Source: Candidatus Woesebacteria bacterium UBA5941
Lineage (GTDB): Bacteria; Patescibacteriota; Microgenomatia; UBA8517
Assembly (NCBI GenBank): GCA_002430735.1
Contig: DJCV01000010.1
Span: 7,705 to 71,704, forward strand
Reading direction: 5' to 3'
Length of the DNA stretch: 64,000 nucleotides
Shown: positions 48,586 to 58,443 of the stretch, one piece after another
How the letters are laid out: the number at the start of each line of letters is the position of its first letter
How positions within the stretch are numbered: position 1 is the first letter of the stretch
The notes under the pieces: generated by a model
Told to the model about the DNA's origin: nothing
Databases searched by the model: none
The model's input: the letters and a program-made list of their open reading frames with translations, nothing else
Translations under genes and position numbers: made by a program

Positions 48586-48614
48586 TTTACATTGTAGCAG
48601 AATCACGCTATATT
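48586..48614 (+). promoter_or_regulatory. Sigma70-like promoter of tyrS
   Basis: TTTACA (48586-91), 17-nt spacer, TATATT (48609-14). Confidence 0.4.
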
Positions 48615-48691
48615 ACTTATAGTCGACGTTTCATTGCTCATTTGCTTTGTCGGCTTGTTGCAGTCGCGGCGATTCTGCCGCATCCATCCTT

Positions 48692-48732
48692 AAGGGTGGT
48701 AGTCAAACTCCGTTTGATTGCCACCTTTTTTT
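48692..48732 (+). promoter_or_regulatory. Leader terminator (attenuator) of tyrS with a T-box-like 5' arm
   Basis: AAGGGTGGTA (9 of 10 matches to T-box TAGGGTGGTA; the UGGU N=U fits a tRNA-Tyr A73 discriminator). The hairpin GGUGGUAGUCAAA-CUCCG-UUUGAUUGCCACC is followed by U7 and lies about 50 nt before the tyrS ATG. Confidence 0.45.
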
Positions 48733-48780
48733 ATACGCATGAGTGTTTCACAAACGATCATTTCACGGTACAATACCACT

Positions 48781-49935
48781 ATGGAATCACTCGAACGAGG
48801 AATCACTACTATTCTCCCTACCAAAGAGGGCCTTCAATCACTCCTTAATTCTGATAAAACATTAAATATTTATTTGGGCATTGATCCAACTGCAACCCGT
48901 ATTCATCTAGGACACGCAGTGGCTCTGAGGAAACTCCAGTCATTTGTTGAAATGGGGCATAACGTCACATTTCTAATTGGAGATTTCACTGCGCTTATTG
49001 GAGACACCTCAGATAAAGACACAGAACGTCCAGTACTAACAAGTGAGGAGATTCAACAGAACTTCGCCACATATAAAGAACAAGCAAGTAAAATCATTGA
49101 TTTCACACAAGTCTCAGTTAAGTTTAATAGTGAATGGCTGAGCACATTACGTTTCAGCGAAATTGTAAAACTCTGTCAGCACTTCTCTGTTGGGGATTTT
49201 GTAGGACGTGAGCTTATCAAAAATCGATTACAGGAGGGCAAAAAAGTTGGACTGCACGAAACGCTATATCCTGTTATGCAAGGTTACGATAGTTACTATA
49301 TGGATACTGATGTACAAATCGGAGGGAGCGACCAAACCTTTAACATGCTAGCAGGCCGCACACTTCAAAAAGACTTGCGAAATAAAGAGACCTTTGTTGT
49401 TTGTGTTGAGTACCTCCTAGGAACAGATGGAAGAAAAATGAGCAAGTCATGGGGGAATGCCATTTGGCTGACAGACGAACCACATGATATGTATGGCAAA
49501 GTAATGTCCCTGAAAGACGAATTAATCGAAAGTTATTTAGTTCTTGCAACATCACTTCCTCTTGATGAGGTAAGGGCACTCGTAAAGCAGCTTGAAGAAG
49601 GAGCGAACCCAATGGATATTAAGAAAAAGCTCGCTTGGCAAATTGTAAAAGAATTGTATGATGAAACCGAAGCTTCAAAAGCTGAAATGCATTTCACACA
49701 AAGCTTTCAAGAATCCGCACCAGACTTTTCACAAGTGGTTGAAGTGGAAGAGGGTGCCACGCTATTGCAAGCTGTAAGTTCGCTTGTGGGAAGCAACTCA
49801 GAAGCAAAACGATTAATTGTAGCTAACGCAGTTGATGTGAATGGGGAAGTAGTAACTGATTCAAAAAGAGCCGTAATGAGGGATGATAAAATAAAAGTCG
49901 GAAAGCGCACTTTTGCTACTATCAAAATAAAATAA
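48781..49935 (+). CDS. tyrS: Tyrosyl-tRNA synthetase with a C-terminal S4 domain
   Basis: HIGH motif (GIDPTATRIHLGHAV) and KMSKS. I prefer the ATG at 48781 (MESLERG...). Confidence 0.95.
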   Translation: MESLERGITTILPTKEGLQSLLNSDKTLNIYLGIDPTATRIHLGHAVALRKLQSFVEMGHNVTFLIGDFTALIGDTSDKDTERPVLTSEEIQQNFATYKEQASKIIDFTQVSVKFNSEWLSTLRFSEIVKLCQHFSVGDFVGRELIKNRLQEGKKVGLHETLYPVMQGYDSYYMDTDVQIGGSDQTFNMLAGRTLQKDLRNKETFVVCVEYLLGTDGRKMSKSWGNAIWLTDEPHDMYGKVMSLKDELIESYLVLATSLPLDEVRALVKQLEEGANPMDIKKKLAWQIVKELYDETEASKAEMHFTQSFQESAPDFSQVVEVEEGATLLQAVSSLVGSNSEAKRLIVANAVDVNGEVVTDSKRAVMRDDKIKVGKRTFATIKIK

Positions 49936-50060
49936 CATGGAAAACAAGCCTAAAAAACGCAAGAAGCTGTTTGTGAAGATTATCGTTATTGTTGCTGGAC
50001 TTTTGTTACTCCTCACCAGCTTCCTTCCATTCTTGCCATATATACTAAACTAAAGGTCTC

Positions 50061-52067
50061 ATGAAACTGACCGATTCGATCACGTCGCTGCCATTTGTTG
50101 GAGATGTGATGGAGCAAAAACTAAAAAAACTCGGAATTAAAACCGTATATGATTTGCTGCATCACATTCCTTCTCGCTACCAAGACTTCTCAAGAACCGT
50201 TCCCATTCCTGAACTAAAAATAGGGGATCAAGTGACAATAGAAGGACAAATTACTGCGATTAAAAACATTTACACAAAAGCAGGGAAGGTCATGCAAGAA
50301 GCAGAGCTCTCTGATGGAGAGCACACGATTACTGTTGTGTGGTTTCGACAGACCTATCTAGTTAAAAACCTTCCACCAGGAACAATGGTCGCATTAACAG
50401 GCAAAGTTGGCTTTTGGGGACGGAAAAAAGCTATTGTCTCACCTAATTATGAAAAAATTGTTGAACTGCAAGACCGATTACATTCAGGAAGGCTTCTCCC
50501 GATATATCCAGAAACTGCCGGCGTCACCTCTAAATGGATTCGAAGGCTCTTAAGTGAAGCGTTTAAAGAAAGCCAAATTGAAGATTTTTTTGAAGAATCA
50601 TTTTTGAATCAATATCAATTGCTTTCTCTGCAAACAAGCCTTCAGAAAATTCACAATCCAGAAGTACTTACTGATACTGAAGTTGGGCGAGTACGCCTCG
50701 CATTTAATGAACTAATTGCACTTGAATTATCCCAAATTGAAAGAAGACGCGAGTGGCTTTCAAAAAATGTAGCACTAAACCTTTCAGTTCCACCAAACAG
50801 CGTTTTAGAGTTTTTAGAAAAGCTTCCGTTTACGCCCACTAAGTCTCAATTGAGATCCATGAGTGAAATCGCAGAAGAACTTGGACAAACGGTGCCAATG
50901 AATAGACTCCTTGAAGGGGATGTGGGTTCAGGGAAAACACTTGTTGCTGCATTTGGCGCATTCATAACAGGAAAAAATAATGCATCTAGTCTTATCATGG
51001 CACCAACACAAATCCTCGCGCAACAGCACCACAAAACACTTTCAATGTTACTTAATCCTCATGGGATCGACGTTGTTCCAGTGACGAGCAAAGAAAAGAT
51101 AAAACTCCTTGATAAACCAGCGGTCTATGTTGGTACCCAGGCGCTCCTTTTTAAATATATTTCTTCTCAAACAGGGTTTGTTGTTATTGACGAACAACAC
51201 CGCTTCGGGGTGGGCCAACGAGCACATTTATCAACACAATCAGACACAGTTCCTCATGTACTGACAATGACAGCCACCCCAATTCCACGAACAATTGCAT
51301 TAACACTCTATGGAGATTTGAACCTTTCAACTCTTGATGAAATGCCTTCTGGAAGAAAGCGGATAAAAACGTGGGTCATTCCACCCAAGAAACGCGATGA
51401 TGCATACAATTGGATAGAAAAAGAGATCACTGAAAATGAAGCGCAGGTGTTCGTGGTCTGCCCGTTAATTGACGAAAGTGAACATGAAAAAATGAAAGAG
51501 GTGAAAGCGGCAACGGTTGAGTATAAACGCCTAAAGAAATTATTTCCGAAACGGAAAATTGCGCTATTACATGGAAAAATGAAAGCAAAAGAAAAAGATA
51601 CACTTTTAACCGATTTTAGGGAGAAAAAATACGATATTTTAGTCACAACACCGGTTGTTGAAGTTGGTATTGATATTCCAAATGCAACGATTATGGTCAT
51701 TGAAGCTGCAGATCGATTTGGACTCGCAGCACTTCATCAGCTGCGCGGACGTGTCGGACGAGGAGAGAAGCAGTCATACTGCTTATTAATGACTGAAAAC
51801 CAGTCAGAAGCAGTGAGAACTCGCTTAACTGCTATGAGCAAAACGCTTTCGGGAAGGGAACTCGCTGAGCTAGATTTGTCTCTCCGAGGTCCCGGAGAAA
51901 TTTTTGGAACAAAGCAATCTGGACTTCCTGAACTACGGATCGCACGATGGACAGACATTGACCTTATTAAGAAAACCAAAGCAATTGCAAATGAAATCAC
52001 TAAGGATCAGAAAAGGTACCAAACCCTCTTTGAATACTTACAAATGCTCCAAACGGCTCCAAATTGA
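50061..52067 (+). CDS. recG: ATP-dependent DNA helicase RecG
   Basis: N-terminal wedge/OB domain, Walker A GDVGSGKT, DExH-type motif (VIDEQH) and a C-terminal helicase domain. Confidence 0.9.
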   Translation: MKLTDSITSLPFVGDVMEQKLKKLGIKTVYDLLHHIPSRYQDFSRTVPIPELKIGDQVTIEGQITAIKNIYTKAGKVMQEAELSDGEHTITVVWFRQTYLVKNLPPGTMVALTGKVGFWGRKKAIVSPNYEKIVELQDRLHSGRLLPIYPETAGVTSKWIRRLLSEAFKESQIEDFFEESFLNQYQLLSLQTSLQKIHNPEVLTDTEVGRVRLAFNELIALELSQIERRREWLSKNVALNLSVPPNSVLEFLEKLPFTPTKSQLRSMSEIAEELGQTVPMNRLLEGDVGSGKTLVAAFGAFITGKNNASSLIMAPTQILAQQHHKTLSMLLNPHGIDVVPVTSKEKIKLLDKPAVYVGTQALLFKYISSQTGFVVIDEQHRFGVGQRAHLSTQSDTVPHVLTMTATPIPRTIALTLYGDLNLSTLDEMPSGRKRIKTWVIPPKKRDDAYNWIEKEITENEAQVFVVCPLIDESEHEKMKEVKAATVEYKRLKKLFPKRKIALLHGKMKAKEKDTLLTDFREKKYDILVTTPVVEVGIDIPNATIMVIEAADRFGLAALHQLRGRVGRGEKQSYCLLMTENQSEAVRTRLTAMSKTLSGRELAELDLSLRGPGEIFGTKQSGLPELRIARWTDIDLIKKTKAIANEITKDQKRYQTLFEYLQMLQTAPN

Positions 52068-52131
52068 GAAAAGCGGAGTAAACGATTATAATCGCGTATC
52101 GATTGAGTATTCATTGAAAGGAAGGTTTGTT

Positions 52132-52539
52132 TTGACTACCCGTGCAATTGAGTACGATACATTTCTATTAGAAACCAAACCAAGTGGAAGTCCAGGCTCA
52201 GGTGTAGCGTATCTTACGAGATACATCGAAGCCATTCAAAGTCTGTACAACACATTTAATGACTTTGTGCTTTTTTATAATGGGGAGAAACAAGGCGTGC
52301 ACCAGTTCACAATTCTCATCCCACAAAAGCACTGGCGATGGTATGAACAACTACTGAAGAACCTCGGGAATGCCATTCCTTATACATTTAATTGTAGCCC
52401 GATGGATGGCAAAGCATTGGCGTTCATACGCCGCATTGAAACTGGGGCCAATGCAATCACCGTGCGAACGTCGGAATACGACAGTCGTGAAATCATCCTT
52501 GCCATGATTCGAGCTTGCTCTGAAACATTTCCAGAGTAA
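52132..52539 (+). CDS. Hypothetical protein (135 aa)
   Basis: The TTG start 6 nt after AGGAAGG is the first start after the recG stop. The ORF-track start at 51904 overlaps recG. Confidence 0.4.
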   Translation: MTTRAIEYDTFLLETKPSGSPGSGVAYLTRYIEAIQSLYNTFNDFVLFYNGEKQGVHQFTILIPQKHWRWYEQLLKNLGNAIPYTFNCSPMDGKALAFIRRIETGANAITVRTSEYDSREIILAMIRACSETFPE

Positions 52540-52554
52540 AAATTGTGTTCTAAG

Positions 52555-52587
52555 CTCCCCGGACCAAGCTGGGGAGTTTATTTTTTG
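52555..52587 (+). terminator. Intrinsic terminator
   Basis: ctcccc-ggaccaagct-ggggag followed by TTTATTTTTT. A TATAAT box follows. Confidence 0.55.
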
Positions 52588-52614
52588 TTCAAATTCTTAT
52601 ATAATCACTCTTGT

Positions 52615-52770
52615 ATGGCACCGACACCAAAGAAAAAGCATAGTCATTCAAGAAGTAGACAAAGAAGAGGAAAGCTCAAGCTTGATCTTCCAACGCTTAC
52701 AACTTGTAAAAACTGTGGTAAAAAGAAGTTTCCACACAAGGCATGTCCTCATTGTGGGAGCAAAAACTAA
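52615..52770 (+). CDS. rpmF: 50S ribosomal protein L32
   Basis: [19 protein letters not shown]...[18 protein letters not shown] is an L32 zinc ribbon. I use the internal ATG at 52615. Confidence 0.8.
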   Translation: MAPTPKKKHSHSRSRQRRGKLKLDLPTLTTCKNCGKKKFPHKACPHCGSKN

Positions 52771-52781
52771 ACGCGCTTCCT

Positions 52782-53150
52782 ATGAAATCTGCGAGAGATC
52801 CCCGTCATATTCGACGCCAGAGAGTTATTCAAGATCTTTTTGCTAATACGTTTCTCACTCAAGAGAACCAAGAACAAATCTCAAAAGACGTCATTGAATT
52901 GTTTCCAACGCTCGATGCACGGATAACAAAAAGCGCACCACAATGGCCAATCGATAAGATTAATCGCATTGACTTAGCTATCTTACGATTTGCAACGTAC
53001 GAAATAACCAAAAGTGATGCGCCATCAAAAGTTATTATTGATGAAGCAATAGAGCTTGCCAAAGAATTTGGTGGAGATAGCTCACCTTCCTTTGTAAACG
53101 GTGTGTTAGGTCACATCGTAAAGGAATACGAAGCAGAAAAAGCAGCATGA
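52782..53150 (+). CDS. nusB: Transcription antitermination factor NusB
   Basis: [47 protein letters not shown]. Confidence 0.85.
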   Translation: MKSARDPRHIRRQRVIQDLFANTFLTQENQEQISKDVIELFPTLDARITKSAPQWPIDKINRIDLAILRFATYEITKSDAPSKVIIDEAIELAKEFGGDSSPSFVNGVLGHIVKEYEAEKAA

Positions 53151-53824
53151 ACCCAATTAATACCTTAAAAACCACTTTTAAGAATACTGACCTTTTTGAA
53201 CAAGCATTAACGCACCGTTCATGGGTCAATGAAAACCCTAATGTTAGAGGGACAAATGAGCGTCTTGAATTTTTAGGTGACGCAATTCTTGAATATGTGG
53301 TCAGTAGCTTCATTTATCTGAAATTCCCTGATCAAGAAGAAGGGTTTTTAACTGCACTTCGCGCAAACATAGTTAACACCAAAAGTCTTGCACATTTAGC
53401 TGAAAAATTAGAGTTGGGTTCATTTTTATTCCTTTCGAAAGGTGAAGAGCAAGGTGGCGGGCGAACAAATCAGTCACTGCTTGCAGATACCGTTGAAGCA
53501 ATTATTGGAGCTTTGTATCTGGATCAAGGGCTCGATGCAGCAAAAACCTTCATTTCAGACCACTTGTTAAACGATATGAGTGAGGTATTGGATAAACCGT
53601 TAAAGGATCCGAAAAGCAGACTACAAGAGCTTGTGCAGTCAAAAGGCATGCCCGCTCCTCGATATAAGATTGTAAAAGAAGAAGGACCAGATCATTCAAA
53701 AGAATTTATAATTGAGGTCATTGTGGGTGAAAAATCAGCTGGAACAGGCTCAGGAAGGAGCAAAAGTAGCGCAGAACAGGACGCTGCAGAGCATGCACTT
53801 GAGAGTTTGACCGATCTAGGCTAA
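53147..53824 (+). CDS. rnc: Ribonuclease III
   Basis: [20 protein letters not shown] is the RNase III signature, and a C-terminal dsRBD is present. Confidence 0.9.
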   Translation: MNPINTLKTTFKNTDLFEQALTHRSWVNENPNVRGTNERLEFLGDAILEYVVSSFIYLKFPDQEEGFLTALRANIVNTKSLAHLAEKLELGSFLFLSKGEEQGGGRTNQSLLADTVEAIIGALYLDQGLDAAKTFISDHLLNDMSEVLDKPLKDPKSRLQELVQSKGMPAPRYKIVKEEGPDHSKEFIIEVIVGEKSAGTGSGRSKSSAEQDAAEHALESLTDLG

Positions 53825-53835
53825 AATACACTACT

Positions 53836-54054
53836 ATGGTAACTATCAGACTCAAAAAACTAGGGAAGCGAAATGCCCCATTTTATCGAATTGTCGCTAC
53901 AGACAAAGCTCGAAAGAATGCAGGGCAAGAATTAGCTATTCTTGGATATTGGCATCCAGATACGAATGAAACCAAAATTGACAAAAAGGCAATTGACCAG
54001 TGGGTACAAAAAGGTGCTCAAGTTTCAAGTGCAGTAAATAAGCTCATCGCATGA
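53836..54054 (+). CDS. rpsP: 30S ribosomal protein S16
   Basis: MVTIRLKKLGKRNAPFYRIVATD... Confidence 0.9.
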   Translation: MVTIRLKKLGKRNAPFYRIVATDKARKNAGQELAILGYWHPDTNETKIDKKAIDQWVQKGAQVSSAVNKLIA

Positions 54055-54278
54055 AAGAACTTCTCACATTCCTCATTATTGAAATAACCGGTATTAAAGA
54101 TATTGAAGTATTGGAAGAACGAATTGAAAATAAAGTTAATTTAATAGTCAAAGCTCCTCAAGAAGCTGTTGGACTCATTATTGGGAAAGAAGGTAAAACA
54201 ATTAAAAATATTCGAAAGATTTTAGCCATTCGTGCAACACAAGAGGATACCGTTGTAAGCGTAAACGTCAATCCGTAA
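54051..54278 (+). CDS. KH-domain RNA-binding protein (YlqC-like)
   Basis: GLIIGKEGKTIKNIR is a KH GxxG loop. The position directly after rpsP is conserved. Confidence 0.8.
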   Translation: MKELLTFLIIEITGIKDIEVLEERIENKVNLIVKAPQEAVGLIIGKEGKTIKNIRKILAIRATQEDTVVSVNVNP

Positions 54279-54313
54279 CTCTTCTTTTCGTACTTCTTTA
54301 ATTAAAAAGCTTC

Positions 54314-55003
54314 TTATTCTACCGGTGCAAAAGGTTCTGGATTAACCGTTATTGGGAGATCATTTTGACCTTGTGGCAGAGAAAATACTGGAGACTTATA
54401 AATCTCTAAACTTTGTAGTAACTGGCGCTCTTCTTGTGACAATTCTTGCAATGGCTCAGTGAGGGCTGGCAGTTGTGTCGGCAATGGTGACCAAAATGAC
54501 CGAAGACTTAATTGCGCGATCGTTGTCAGGGAACTTTGCGACATGTTTATTGTTTCAATGGCAATATAGGGAGATACACCGGTCAAGGTTTCAAGGAACT
54601 TCAATATGGATGCACTTTCACCTTCAGCCACCATTCCCACCTGCAATGAGCCAAGATCCGGATTTGTAGGATCGGTAAAAACACCGCTGCTGTAATTTCT
54701 AAGCGTTACATTGTTTTCGCTTGCAGCCGATCTCACCTGAGAACTGACTATTAAGGAGGAATTTTGAGTCGGTAAGACTTCGGTAACTTTATTTGATTGA
54801 GCTAACACTTCCGGCTCAAGTGCAGACAACGCATTCTTTCGATTCCGCAAGATGGTGACTTTTTCTGTTAATGCAGCTTCTTCAGCGGTTAGCGTGGTCA
54901 CTCTGCCGAGAAAGTATTGAGCTTCAAATAAAATACCACCGATTAAGCCCACAAAAATGAGCCCATACCAGATGATTGATTTGTATTTTGTAAATGAGTT
55001 CAT
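54314..55003 (-). CDS. pilO: Type IV pilus assembly protein PilO-like
   Basis: N-terminal TM helix plus coiled coil, positioned after pilM-pilN. Confidence 0.5.
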   Translation of the reverse strand: MNSFTKYKSIIWYGLIFVGLIGGILFEAQYFLGRVTTLTAEEAALTEKVTILRNRKNALSALEPEVLAQSNKVTEVLPTQNSSLIVSSQVRSAASENNVTLRNYSSGVFTDPTNPDLGSLQVGMVAEGESASILKFLETLTGVSPYIAIETINMSQSSLTTIAQLSLRSFWSPLPTQLPALTEPLQELSQEERQLLQSLEIYKSPVFSLPQGQNDLPITVNPEPFAPVE

Positions 55004-55521
55004 TGTATAAAGAAATTAACTTGATACCCTGCAGTTGGATTAAAGCCGATTGTATCGATTGACGATTTGGAAAGAGGACTTGATTTCACCGCGTCGAACA
55101 TCTCACGAAGGGCAGTCGAATCTTTGGCAACTAATGACAATGTTGAGGTCCCATCAAGAACATCCAGTTGCTTTAAAGTGATCGTCGTTGGAAATGCGTC
55201 AATTAATAACTTCTCCTCGAGAAAAATTGCGTTTGATCTAAACTTTTCATTAATCACTTTAATCTTTTGTAGGCGATCGCGAAGGAGTACTAATGTTTGC
55301 TCTGTTGATTCTTGAGCAAGAACTTGAGTTCTCAACGTCTCTTGCTCATTTTTAAGGGCAGCAATTTGATTGTTTTTAACAAGAATGAGCGCAGTGCCTC
55401 CAATTGCAATCGCAAGGCAGAGTGCACCAAAACACGCAGCAAGAACTTTTAACTTTCCGCTAATCTTGCGAACTTGTTTATTTTGGATCTGCTCTGTCGG
55501 CAGGAAATTTACGGCAGACAT
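55000..55521 (-). CDS. pilN: Type IV pilus assembly protein PilN-like
   Basis: Single TM helix plus coiled coil, 173 aa, directly downstream of pilM. Confidence 0.55.
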   Translation of the reverse strand: MSAVNFLPTEQIQNKQVRKISGKLKVLAACFGALCLAIAIGGTALILVKNNQIAALKNEQETLRTQVLAQESTEQTLVLLRDRLQKIKVINEKFRSNAIFLEEKLLIDAFPTTITLKQLDVLDGTSTLSLVAKDSTALREMFDAVKSSPLSKSSIDTIGFNPTAGYQVNFFIQ

Positions 55522-55527
55522 ATGTGA

Positions 55528-56550
55528 TTAATCTTCTCTTAATGCAAGCCCTACAGAAACTGCATAAATAGGAGCAAAGTTTGCAAGACTTTTTGCAGAA
55601 TCTGGATCAATTGCGATATCAGGCCGTGTAAAAGGATTCCCTACTTGTACTTCCATATTTAAAAGACGAGTCAGTTCTGCAGCCATTCCCGGGAGACCTG
55701 CGCTTCCTCCTGAAAGAATGATTGATCGCGGCGGTTCATTACGCGTTTCTAGTTGAAAATAACTCATGGTCTTTTTCAATTCATCTGAAATAACTGATAA
55801 CACCGGTTTCAATGCACGACCAACTTTCCCTTCAAGTTGCCCCTCCGTTAGACCATACGTCGCCTTATATTCTTCTGCCTGTATCGGCGTGACACCAAGA
55901 CCCATGCTCACTGCACGAGAAAACGCCTCACCAGCAGTTGGAATAGAGCGGGATAAAAAGAGTTGACTATTTTTAATAATGCCAACATTGGTAGAGCGTG
56001 CTCCAAAGTCAGCAAGCATTGTTGTTTTGTCGGGTGCCCCCCATGTTCGGGAAAGCGCTAACAGTTCTGTTTCAATGGCGATAACTTCAAGTCCGGCAGC
56101 TGACGCAACATTTACATACTTATCAATTAGCAATCGAGGAACAGCAATTACTTGGACAAGCACCTGTGGAGGATTTCCGGTTTCCTGTCGCTCTAAGATT
56201 TGATGCCGAACTACTGCATCTCTAACGGGGATTGGAATGTATTCTTCAGCTTCCCATTTAACAGCTGATTCAATTTCTTCATTGGTAAGCAGTGGAAATT
56301 TGACCGTACGAGTAAATGCCAATGATTCAGGGATTGAAAGCACCACTCGTCGAGAGGTAATACGTGCATCAGCAAACAGTTTCTTCAACGTAGAAGCAAA
56401 TTGAGCAATTTCTTTTTCTTCACCTAATTTATCAACCTGTACACCTTGAAAACTCACTGCTCCCGCGGCCTTTAAAGAAAAGCCTTGCCCAACTTTGGCC
56501 AACTCAACGACCTTGATTGTTTTTGAACCGATGTCTAATCCTACGCTCAT
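55528..56550 (-). CDS. pilM: Type IV pilus assembly ATPase-fold protein PilM
   Basis: MSVGLDIGSKTIKVVEL is an actin/FtsA-like fold signature, with PilM-like length. Confidence 0.85.
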   Translation of the reverse strand: MSVGLDIGSKTIKVVELAKVGQGFSLKAAGAVSFQGVQVDKLGEEKEIAQFASTLKKLFADARITSRRVVLSIPESLAFTRTVKFPLLTNEEIESAVKWEAEEYIPIPVRDAVVRHQILERQETGNPPQVLVQVIAVPRLLIDKYVNVASAAGLEVIAIETELLALSRTWGAPDKTTMLADFGARSTNVGIIKNSQLFLSRSIPTAGEAFSRAVSMGLGVTPIQAEEYKATYGLTEGQLEGKVGRALKPVLSVISDELKKTMSYFQLETRNEPPRSIILSGGSAGLPGMAAELTRLLNMEVQVGNPFTRPDIAIDPDSAKSLANFAPIYAVSVGLALRED

Positions 56551-57557
56551 TTGACTACTCCTGGTGGTGAAAATATTGCTGCTTGAAACATAGTTGGTAC
56601 TTCAGGATACAGAGAATACACTTGCACTTTTCGCGTTGCATCACCGGATGTTCCAGTTGAATCAATTCGTCGTCCCTGTATTGGTAAATCAGTGGGAAGA
56701 TTCGTCGCTCCAAAGACAGTTGGTGCTCCGTTATAGAGTACCATACCTGTTATCGCCCTTAAACGCCTGCCGTTCACGATTGCGTTTGGAATACCTAATG
56801 CAGCAAAGCTTACCGAAACTCGATTTGCGAGTCGAGTTCCGCTTATCGTACAAGCACCGTTTGACGGATTTGTCGTAATACCATTTGTTTGGAATTTATT
56901 GGTATTTCCTCGGGAACTTGAAGGGTCATAAGCACCATAGGCAAACTTCAGTGCATTCCCTGCAGTAGGATCCTCATACATGACAGACACAACTAATGCT
57001 GGTTGAGCGGGAACACTTGCATCAACTTTACCCCAACAAAGGTCGATTGAAGTAGCGGTATAGCACGTTACGCCAGTGCAGGTTAGGTCACCATTATTAT
57101 CATGACCTGCAAGCCATATAGTGGCAGTGTCTCCCGACGCAAGTTCAGAGGGGTATAAATACGCGCGAGGATTCTCCGGGAATGCATTAGAAATTGTCTG
57201 GTACGTGGTTTGTGGATTTCCAACCTCAACCGGCGCAGGCGTATTCGTTGATGTTGGCCCGTTAATAATGATGGGGGTTTTTAAGATCTCTTCAACGCCA
57301 GCTTCTGCCGCAGAAAATGCACGAAGAGACTCTTCATCCTTAGTGGTATTTGAAACGTCACCTACTGATCGAGAAACGAGTGAGAGCGCAATCGTAAGTA
57401 CTACCCCAACAGATAAGAGTACTAGTAAAAGTGCTTGTCCACTCTGTGATTTCTCATGCATACAATCAGTGTAGAAGGGTGAAGGAAACGAGTCAATATA
57501 CGCGCAGAAGGATGCGTCTTGTGATGCTTGCAAAACTACCTTCGCTGCCAGGTGCAT
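56547..57557 (-). CDS. PilX-N-like pilus-associated protein (real start probably the Met at 57461)
   Basis: GQALLLVLLSVGVVLTIAL resembles the PilX N-terminal motif. Large Cys-containing extracellular domain. Confidence 0.45.
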   Translation of the reverse strand: MHLAAKVVLQASQDASFCAYIDSFPSPFYTDCMHEKSQSGQALLLVLLSVGVVLTIALSLVSRSVGDVSNTTKDEESLRAFSAAEAGVEEILKTPIIINGPTSTNTPAPVEVGNPQTTYQTISNAFPENPRAYLYPSELASGDTATIWLAGHDNNGDLTCTGVTCYTATSIDLCWGKVDASVPAQPALVVSVMYEDPTAGNALKFAYGAYDPSSSRGNTNKFQTNGITTNPSNGACTISGTRLANRVSVSFAALGIPNAIVNGRRLRAITGMVLYNGAPTVFGATNLPTDLPIQGRRIDSTGTSGDATRKVQVYSLYPEVPTMFQAAIFSPPGVVK

Positions 57558-57993
57558 TCGCAGCTACACCGGCAAAGGTATAGTCAATTGCAGGTGGGGT
57601 AACTGATGAAGTTGTCGTGCATCTAAAAAAGCAGGTGGAAAGCGCCACATCATCACTGGTTATTCTCACATTCGCAGAACCTGAGGCGACATACATATTA
57701 CTTCCACCAAGACATGAGAAACTTCCTGTTCTGCCGTCTTGGTCGATATACGTGAGTGCAGTTATATTGGTTCCGTTACAAGTGCTTGTAATTGATTTCG
57801 CATTTCTCACATGACGCTCAATAACAGATGCCGCGAAATCTAGATTATCTCTGACTTTCCCTGATGCGTCTGCCTTGCGGGTTCCTTGAAAGGAACGAAG
57901 CGTACTTTGCGTCACAAGCAATGCCAATGTGGTAAACATGACAATAACAACTAATATTTCAATTAAACTGAACCCTTTTTGTAATTGTTTCAT
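57493..57993 (-). CDS. Prepilin-type minor pilin/pseudopilin
   Basis: KGFSLIEILVVIVMF is the class III signal motif (G-1, E+5). Confidence 0.65.
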   Translation of the reverse strand: MKQLQKGFSLIEILVVIVMFTTLALLVTQSTLRSFQGTRKADASGKVRDNLDFAASVIERHVRNAKSITSTCNGTNITALTYIDQDGRTGSFSCLGGSNMYVASGSANVRITSDDVALSTCFFRCTTTSSVTPPAIDYTFAGVAANAPGSEGSFASITRRILLRVY

Positions 57994-58443
57994 TTATGGA
58001 TTTCCTTTCCAGTTGGTAAAAGTGGTAGTTGCGACCGACTGATGCGAACCGTTTCCATCAGACCAGGTAACCGTTGAGGTGGCATTTACAGTCGAGGTAT
58101 TTACCCGCGTAAACGTGATAGTCCGCCTAAACGGAGTTGCTGGGATTACATCATTTGTTCCACATGCACCTGAGTGAGAACCTCCAGTATTCCAACTCAG
58201 AGTCACTATACACCAGCTTCCATTTGTTCTTCCATAAAATGTCTGCCAATCTGCATCCCGTTCACCTCGAAGCCACTCCAGAGATTGCTGTGCATAACTG
58301 GTTGCAAGCGTTTTGTTCCGCGCAAATGTGGTGTTAGCAAGGCTTCGGATAACTAATGAGACCAATGCTAATAATGACATGCTCACGATAAGTAGCGCCG
58401 CAATTAACTCAATAAAGGATTGGCCGCTATTATTTTTTCTCAT
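57994..58443 (-). CDS. Prepilin-type minor pilin
   Basis: GQSFIELIAALLIV. Confidence 0.6.
   Translation of the reverse strand: MRKNNSGQSFIELIAALLIVSMSLLALVSLVIRSLANTTFARNKTLATSYAQQSLEWLRGERDADWQTFYGRTNGSWCIVTLSWNTGGSHSGACGTNDVIPATPFRRTITFTRVNTSTVNATSTVTWSDGNGSHQSVATTTFTNWKGNP

Noticed and set aside
48642-48848. 68-aa ORF and the ORF-track start of tyrS at 48718
   Set aside because: Both run through the leader terminator hairpin and U-run, and the 68-aa ORF is out of frame with tyrS. The true tyrS start is the ATG at 48781 (MESLERG), consistent with TyrRS N-termini.
51904-52131. Upstream part of the ORF following recG
   Set aside because: It overlaps the recG C-terminus in another frame. 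The first start after the recG stop, with an SD, is the TTG at 52132.
52132-52539. DUF177/YceD assignment for the gene preceding rpmF
   Set aside because: The position (before L32) suggested YceD, but the protein lacks the paired Cys motifs, so I left it as hypothetical.
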